This document shows, in pieces, positions 56,910 through 64,000 of a stretch of 64,000 nt of DNA; position 1 is the stretch's first letter, and every line of letters begins with the position of its first letter. A program made the translations under genes and the position numbers. Source of the DNA: Histomonas meleagridis 2922-C6/04-290x (lineage: Eukaryota; Protista; Parabasalia); the NCBI GenBank assembly GCA_020184695.1, contig JAANOX010000245.1, forward strand, positions 186,001-250,000, in the 5' to 3' direction. Below the pieces are notes generated by a model that saw nothing but the letters and a program-made list of their open reading frames with translations, did no database searches and was not told where the DNA came from.

Positions 56910-57229
56910 TTTGTTTGTAAATATCTGTATATCTTAACGTACAGATGGCCGTTTATTAATTTTGTTTTTTGTTTTTGTTCTTAACAAGCCAGACAATATC
57001 AACTTCTTCAGTAAAACTAATATCAACATGGGTGCATTTGATTAAAGTATCATATAATGCACATTTTTAGTTCAAGTAATAAATATTATCAATTTATTTC
57101 GAACTCAATCATTTTAACAATAAAGAAACCACCCAATGTTCTATCACAACCAAAAAATACTTATCTTTTTTCCCAAAAAACAAACATAAAACAAAAACAA
57201 TATATTTATTAAAGATCTTTAAAATAATT

Positions 57230-58408
57230 CTAAATCGCAAAATAATAGAAAAAAGCTCTCAAGCCGCTTTCATATTTATCGCCCACAACAGTTCTAAAGT
57301 TTGGGTTATAATTATAATTTAAATGATCCACAACCATTGACACTAATCCCGCTTGAGAAGAAGTGAATCTAAATATGTAATCCACTTCATCAGTGACGTA
57401 ATAAGCTCTCATCAATGACCTCATTGCAGCCATCAATGAAAATGTTGATCGATAAGTTCCGATCATTTTATCGCACATCATAACACAACACATATCGCAT
57501 ATAGCATCAGATTTTTTCCCATCTGCGACTTTGGTCACATCAGATAAAAACATTCTATTCGAATATTTTTGCTGAAAAAGTGAAATGAAATCTGATTTCG
57601 TAGTGGTCAAAAAAATATATGGTTTATCATTAAGAATATAATCATCTAAAAATGGAAACAAAACATTAACAAGCTGCTTCCCATCGCTAATGAAGGATGT
57701 AGTCGCATAATGATATCGAATGTGAATTCCAAAAACTTTAACGGTTTTTGGCACTTTTTTAAACTGTTTCTTGACATATTCGAGAACCCAATCAGCAAAA
57801 TACATAATACGATTCTGAAGGAAGTAAATAAAATGAACACCAAAATGGGTGCGAACAAATTCATTGAAATATGGATCTGTTAAGAGAAAATGTGGATATA
57901 TGTAAGCTTGTTTTAAAGGCTTTTTAAGAGTCTTAAGCATGGTAAAATTGGTCTTAGGCCAATTCTCAAGAGTGTATATGTTTTTGGACTTGCGCTTATA
58001 ATTTTTTGGAATTTGATGAACTTGAAATGACTCTGAAAATAGTAACCCTTCATTTGTAAGGTTGACTCTGCAAAAAATGGAACGATTAAGTGCAACAGCA
58101 ACAATGGCACCGGTTGTTGCATGCAATAGGACATTGCCTAATCCACAAAACATTGAAATATCGACTATCCTATCATCCATAAATGGAATGTCCTTAACTG
58201 TTTGTTCCCATAAACGGACTGTGTCATATGCATTTAATAGCTGAGAGCAACTAATTTCGCTTTTTGGTGAGTTGCATGTATGATAATTTCTTTTCCATGT
58301 TGGCAAATGAAAATATTCTGTAGCTTCTTCGATTTTTGTACTTGTAGTTTTGAATGAGATATTTGGATGCGGAATAAAAAAAGAAGCAAAAAAAGGAATA
58401 AGTTGCAA
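57230..58408 (-). CDS. Fucosyltransferase-like (GT-B, NodZ/FUT8-type) glycosyltransferase
   Basis: CGLGN, FGIHIRY and IGTYRSTFS resemble FucT motifs I and III; start codon unclear. Confidence 0.5.
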   Translation of the reverse strand: MQLIPFFASFFIPHPNISFKTTSTKIEEATEYFHLPTWKRNYHTCNSPKSEISCSQLLNAYDTVRLWEQTVKDIPFMDDRIVDISMFCGLGNVLLHATTGAIVAVALNRSIFCRVNLTNEGLLFSESFQVHQIPKNYKRKSKNIYTLENWPKTNFTMLKTLKKPLKQAYIYPHFLLTDPYFNEFVRTHFGVHFIYFLQNRIMYFADWVLEYVKKQFKKVPKTVKVFGIHIRYHYATTSFISDGKQLVNVLFPFLDDYILNDKPYIFLTTTKSDFISLFQQKYSNRMFLSDVTKVADGKKSDAICDMCCVMMCDKMIGTYRSTFSLMAAMRSLMRAYYVTDEVDYIFRFTSSQAGLVSMVVDHLNYNYNPNFRTVVGDKYESGLRAFFYYFAI

Positions 58409-58539
58409 CTTATCAAGTGAACGTTTATTTGGCCGATCAATTTCGAAAGAAATAAAAAATTTTTATTAAAAACGATAGTAAATTCACATATGTAAAGTAT
58501 TTAATATTGTTGTCTGTTGTGGATATCCCTTAAGAAAGT

Positions 58540-59136
58540 TTATGGAGAAGTTTTTAATATTTTTGTTTCTAAATAATTTAAAACAATGTCAGGACATATT
58601 TTTTTCAATAATGTCGAATGAACATCAGATGTGTTGGAAGAATCTTTTAACTTTACAGTATAGACCCAGCCTTTAGGAGTTTTTTGAGATTTGATGATTT
58701 TTTCAATATTATCACCTGGCTTCTTTATTGGTTTAGGAGGAGTTAGCTTGAATAATGTACTGGATCTTAAAGGAGCTCTCTGTGAAGGTGTTGGTGCTAG
58801 CGCTGGCTCTTGCGGAGGCATTTTTGGTGGCAATACATTTTGTTTTTCTTTCTTTTTTTTTAAATATTCTTTAACTAATTCTGGACAATTTAAATTTTTT
58901 TCATCTTCCCAAGTATTTTCTGAATCAGGATACCCTTTCCACTTTAATAAAAATTGTCTCCGCCTATGAACAATTCGATCATTAACAATAGCTTCGACTT
59001 CATATTCTTCTGCTGATTCTTCTTCATAATTATCATAATTTTCGCTTTCACTGCTACTAGAAATGCTTTTATCGCTATCATCATTATCTTCCTTTCCTGA
59101 ATTTTCCAAAGATGAAAGAAAAGAGAGAAACTCCAT
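58540..59136 (-). CDS. HP1/Swi6-like chromodomain protein
   Basis: Acidic N-terminus; YEVEAIV...FLLKWKGYPDSENTWEDEKNLNCPELV chromodomain; hinge; chromo-shadow-like end (LLKKICPDIVLNYLETKI). Confidence 0.8.
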   Translation of the reverse strand: MEFLSFLSSLENSGKEDNDDSDKSISSSSESENYDNYEEESAEEYEVEAIVNDRIVHRRRQFLLKWKGYPDSENTWEDEKNLNCPELVKEYLKKKKEKQNVLPPKMPPQEPALAPTPSQRAPLRSSTLFKLTPPKPIKKPGDNIEKIIKSQKTPKGWVYTVKLKDSSNTSDVHSTLLKKICPDIVLNYLETKILKTSP

Positions 59137-59897
59137 TTACTAAACGGCTTTCTAAGTAAACTATACAAATCCACAGGTACCTAAAAAATTTTTTAGCATG
59201 CATCACCAATATCACATGTGCTAATTAATTTTATGTCATCATATGTAATCAGATCAAAATGACAAATCGAAAAATCAAGATTAAGGTAAAATTATATTTT
59301 TGAAGTTAATTAAGATAATCAATTTCCTACGAGTTACATATAAATTTTTATAACTGGCTGCATCCCATTACTGTTGTATTTACCATGACCAGCATATTAG
59401 ATAAGTTATTTAATGTTTCTATATAATTTTTCTTTTTAATAAATTGAATTTCATGCCAATTATACTATACTGCGTTTTTTGTTATCTAGAGGTATTCACC
59501 TATAAATGTATATTACTCAAGCTAATAGCGATTAACTAGAAAATTTTTATTTGGTCGTCAAAAAATGTTGAGCTTAAGTACTGAAAAATCGGCCATCGTA
59601 ATTTGAAAAGTTGTCAGGTGCCGAACGTTCGATATTTTCATTTCAAGAGGGCTAAACTGAAAGATTGCTTCAAACATCATTAAGCAAGTTTATACAATAA
59701 ATCATGCAAATGTATAAAAGGCTTTATCAAGAATTTTGTTTTCACTAATTTGGTGATTTTGATTTTAATTATGCATAAAAAAAAAAAAAGAAACTATATC
59801 AAAAGAATCACAGTAATGTTCAATTACAAATTAATCGGAATAAAAACGATTTTTATCATTTTTTTAGCTTGAACAACACAGACTAAGAACATTTTGT

Positions 59898-60704
59898 TTG
59901 TCAAGTAAAGTATTTAATATTGAAAATTTGTCATTATTGTTGACAAAAAGTGGCATTCTCATGATCCATGATGAAGAAGAACCAATAAACAAAAAAGCAG
60001 AAAATTATACGATTGTAGAACTAAACTACTCCCTTTGCATAGGCAATGACTTTATCCTTTACGATAGCTTTTTTTGTGATGGATCTTGCTTTGTGAAGGA
60101 ATATTTGACAGTATCATCTGACAACGAAAATTTTCAACGGGAGTATAGTATTTTTACAGAGTGTCATTCTAAATACATTCCAAGATCTTTAATGCCGCCT
60201 ATTGTAGAGAATGGAAAATTATATCTTGTTTTTGAAAGAACATCAGATAATATTAGTTGCATAAGCCTACAGTCTTTGATTCAGAATTGCTCCTGTTTAA
60301 GTTCACAAGAAGCATCAAATATAATTTCACAGATTTTTGATGTCATTCGACTACTTGACAGATTCAACATCCACTTTACCAAGTTCAGCTTAGATGACAT
60401 AGCTTACAATCAAACAGGGCAATACATATTAATATTCAATTTTTTAAATACAATTGAATCTAATGATCCAGAAATTAAAACCAAGGAGCTTAGGTCATTA
60501 GCTGAGTTCATTAAGAAGATCATTCCTTGGGTCGAAGACAATTGCCTTTTTCTAACATCAAATGAAAAGGCTATTATTGATTTGTATCATTCTTTGATCG
60601 AAAACCCTGAGAAGGTTCTCGAAGAGGAGATGGACCTCAAACTGCAGCGGTACGAGTCACTCTCTGATATATTGGATCAACTTTCCGTTGATGCGCTCTC
60701 ATAA
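59898..60704 (+). CDS. Divergent kinase-fold (pseudokinase-like) protein
   Basis: FVKEY, LYLVFE, ASNIISQIFDVIRLL..NIHFTKFSLDDI pattern of subdomains II-VIb without catalytic residues. Confidence 0.55.
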   Translation: MSSKVFNIENLSLLLTKSGILMIHDEEEPINKKAENYTIVELNYSLCIGNDFILYDSFFCDGSCFVKEYLTVSSDNENFQREYSIFTECHSKYIPRSLMPPIVENGKLYLVFERTSDNISCISLQSLIQNCSCLSSQEASNIISQIFDVIRLLDRFNIHFTKFSLDDIAYNQTGQYILIFNFLNTIESNDPEIKTKELRSLAEFIKKIIPWVEDNCLFLTSNEKAIIDLYHSLIENPEKVLEEEMDLKLQRYESLSDILDQLSVDALS

Positions 60705-61200
60705 ATATTTGTTGTTCTTATTTGCTTTTTTATTATTTTCAGCAGATGAAATTAATTAACTGTTTCCCTCTAATGAATGGAACAATTTTTTTGGATTAAA
60801 ATCAATTTTTTTTGTGTGCATGAAGAAGGCATCCAATGCCTTGAAAAACCTTTAGACAGGACATCCTCTAAAAACAACAATCATCACAACACCTAATGTA
60901 CCCACAAAAACATATTTCTTATAAAAAAATTCACAAGATAATTTATATAAAATCAGCTAGATTCAATTTTTAATTTATGTAGATAAAAATATTAAAAAAA
61001 TTATGTCTTCTGAAATTTTAGAACGATTAATTAGAGTTATTGCTCACCAATCTGGTTTTTGTTCTAGTATTCACTAGAATGTTGTCATTCAATTTTTTGT
61101 TATCGTTTCTATACTTTACGTAGTATTTGTATACTTCACTCAGAATGTCAAATAGGTAAAAACGACGGTTATTTGTCACTTTAGAGTCAATAGTTTTAGG

Positions 61201-61270
61201 TAGGTATATATACCCCGGCCCGGCTCCCTTTTGGGTTTTCGGGATCAATCCCGATCGCATTATATACCTA
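61201..61270. other. GC-rich hairpin island closed by a perfect 10-bp inverted repeat
   Basis: TAGGTATATA (61201-61210) / TATATACCTA (61261-61270) enclosing CCC-TTTT-GGG and TCGGGA-TCAA-TCCCGA hairpins. Confidence 0.4.
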
Positions 61271-61899
61271 CCGTTATAAGATCTCAATTTTTTTACAGAG
61301 ATAGATCTCAGAGTAAAAAAAAAAAAAAACATTCGAAATTCGATATTACTTAGGACATTTTCGGATGCCTATCTTTTATGGAATCGAATAATAATATATT
61401 ATTTTATTTTATATACTTAGTATATGAATGTTCGATAGGACTATTTTCTGAAGATATTAACAGTATTCTTGATAGAATTGGCGTTCAAATACGTTTATCT
61501 TTCTGCATTTTTGACAAAATGAAAATATCTTTTATTTGACATCATTATCACCATATTTATATTAGATATATTGAACATTTTTATATACGAAAATAAATTT
61601 GTTTAACAAGATTTATCGAGTAATAATTGAAAATAAATTCTGAATAAAAATTTTACAATTCACAATATATGTTTTACACATATCGTCATTGAAATAACAA
61701 TTATCAACGAAACAGCACGAATTTGATAGAAAAATATTAATTAGCCTCTATATAATTTTCACATCATGTTGGCCATTTTCCTTTCAAGATGCCCAATCGT
61801 TTTATATCATTAATCATAAAATTCAAGATTTAAAAAATCGAATTTTTTTACAGTCAAGCATCTTTTATATTCTATGTTGTAAAATGTCGTATTTATACA

Positions 61900-62620
61900 T
61901 TATTTTGAAATATGTATACCCAGATATATACCTCGTGTCAAAGATTTAGAGGCTTTAACAAAAACAATTATAAATGGTGAAGATCCTAATATAGGATCAG
62001 CTCTTGGAATGTCTTTAAGGACAATTAGAAGAAGAACTCATCAAATTATGGAGAATAATTTTAATTGTCCACCAATTTTAAATAAAGGTCCTCATCATAT
62101 AATCATTCCTCCTGAGATGTATGAATCTATATGTAAAAGAAAACAGCGCATCAACACTTCTCGAAATCAAAAATGCTTTATTAGAACACTTTGAAATACC
62201 AAATGATCAAATATCTATATCTACAATTTACTGTCATTTGGATGGAAATTTTGTTTCTTATAAAAAGCTTCGTTATGTTTCTGTAAATGCAAATACATCA
62301 GAAATAATTAAAACAGCTATTAAATTATATAAATCAAGCGACAAATTTATCAGAAAGTATTCAACAAATTTACATTGATGAATCAAATTTTACAATCTTG
62401 ACAAGAAGAAATATGGGAAGATCTAATATAGGAAGAAGAGCAGTTCAATCATCATTAATTGGTAAATGTAGAATAATCAAAATTTTAGCAGTTGTTATAT
62501 ATTATCATTGGGAGATACATTGCATCAGCAAAGCCTGATAAAAAGTAAATCTAAGATTAATAAAATTCCAGTGACATTTTGATATTTGTAATTACTAGTT
62601 TTCGTATATGCTATGACAAG
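61900..62620 (+). mobile_element. Decayed IS630/Tc1-like transposase
   Basis: HTH fragments (TLLEIKNALLEHF..ISISTIYCHL..VSYKKLR), YIDESNF, GRSNIGRRA; multiple frameshifts. Confidence 0.65.
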
Positions 62621-63040
62621 TACATTTATCTTTTCATATTTTTGGCAAAATATCTTTTCTTTTTAAGATGTTATAGCTATGTTGTTGGTCTGACTCACTT
62701 TTTCATTTTATATATTTGAAATAAAACATAAATATATTTATATAAAGATGGAATTACAGAAAAATTTTAATGTAAAAAGAAAAAAAAATTATTATTCTTT
62801 ATAAATTTAGAGCATAAATAAATTTTATCAGGAAATGCCGAGTCTTATACGTTTTCTCTGCATTAACAAACACCGTGTGCTCTTGCCCCTTACCCTAAAA
62901 AGTTTTCGGTTTACTTGTATATATAAAAATTGAAAGTGTTAATGTACATTAAATAGATAAGGTTAACAAATGCTCATTAGAATAAAAAACCATTATATTG
63001 TTAATGTTAACTTTTATGAATAATTAATGGTTTCAATATT

Positions 63041-64000
63041 TTATAAAATATCTTTAGCATTAATATCAATTCCTTCTTGTTCAAGAAGTAATTTAACTAT
63101 TTCTGTATGACCATCTCTAGATGCTAAAATAAGTGCTGTATTAAATAATTTAAATAAATTCCAAATATTATTTTGAAATATCAAATTATTAAAATAAATA
63201 TCAAATAAAACAAATAAATATCTTTAGCATTAATATTAATTCCTTCTTGTTCAAGAAGTAATTGAACTATTTCTGTATTATCATTCCAAGATGCATTAAT
63301 AAGTGCTGTTCCAAATAATTTAAATAATTTTCAAATATTACTTTGAAATAACAAACTATTAAAATAAATTATAAATAAAACAAATAAATATCTTTAGCAT
63401 TAATATCAATTCCTTCTTGTTCAAGAAGTAATTTAACTATTTCTGTATGACCTTTTGAAGATGCTATCATAAATGCTGTTTTAAATAATATAAATAATTT
63501 CCAAATATTATTTTGAATTTCCAAATTATTAAAATAAATATCAAATAAAACAAATAAATATCTTTAGCATTAATATTAATTCCTTCTTGTTCAAGAAGTA
63601 ATTGAACTATTTCTGTATTATCATTCCAAGATGCATTAATAAGTGCTGTTCCAAATAATTTAAATAATTTTCAAATATTACTTTGAAATAACAAACTATT
63701 AAAATAAATTATAAATAAAACAAATAAATATCTTTAGCATTAATATCAATTCCTTCTTGTTCAAGAAGTAATTTAACTATTTCTGTATGACCTTTTGAAG
63801 ATGCTAACATAAGTGCTGTATAAAATATTTTAAATAATTTCCAAATATTATTTTGAAATATTAAATTATTAAAATAAATATCAAATATAACAAATAAATA
63901 TCTTTAACATTAATATCAATTCCTTCTTGTTTTAAATCGTATTCAACAAGTTCAATATTTCTTGATCCTGCTGAAAATACCAATATATCATGCGGAATTG
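63041..64000 (-). CDS. 3' part of a DUF3447-ankyrin gene running in from the window end; 170-bp array with 5 cassettes
   Basis: Exact 170-bp period (TCTTTA at 63051, 63221, 63391, 63561, 63731, 63901); cassettes decode DNGY, IVEG, DGGK, IVEG, DDGN; ends NAKDIL* (TAA 63041-63043). Confidence 0.85.

Noticed and set aside
61027-61332. Short ORF beginning in a poly-T run
   Set aside because: It has no proper ATG and no recognisable motif; its openness is explained by the local GC-rich hairpin island.
63140-63221. Single U12-type AT-AC intron per repeat (gAT...aatAC a)
   Set aside because: Removal deletes the hairpin and the conserved Thr (gives KEAL). There is no ATATCC or TCCTTAAC signal, and diverged copies have TCA, TCT or GTA instead of AC at that place.

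Overview
AT-rich, gene-dense eukaryotic DNA from a parabasalid (trichomonad-type) protist. This is inferred from DUF3447/ankyrin and BspA gene families, largely intronless genes, and CCTTT (M5-type) motifs just upstream of ribosomal-protein genes. Recognisable genes: RPS27, RPL9, RPL12, a Ras GTPase, CK1, SCAR/WAVE, an MFS sugar transporter, a WNK-like kinase, a CENP-C-like protein, BspA LRR proteins, an AAMP/SQT1-like WD40 protein, CFAP46, an HP1-like chromo protein and two glycosyltransferase-like genes. There are also three decayed Tc1/mariner elements. Main discovery: in five DUF3447-ankyrin genes, almost every ankyrin repeat is interrupted at the same place by an 80-nt spacer built as four 20-nt blocks, each a 17-nt AT-rich segment plus one codon. 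Reading only the last 3 nt of each block restores the ankyrin beta-hairpin (D-x-x-G-x-T-[AP]-L). This works in 32 complete cassettes, with Gly at the expected position in 28 and no stop codons. It also turns the diverged 52822-55929 locus into one uninterrupted ~785-aa ORF. Two natural variants are shorter by exactly 17 nt. The 17-mers lack GT-AG/AT-AC ends. The pattern implies serial excision of 17-nt non-canonical micro-introns around 3-nt micro-exons, or serial ribosomal bypassing. The pattern is seen directly in the sequence; the mechanism is inference and needs RNA-seq, Ribo-seq or mass spectrometry.
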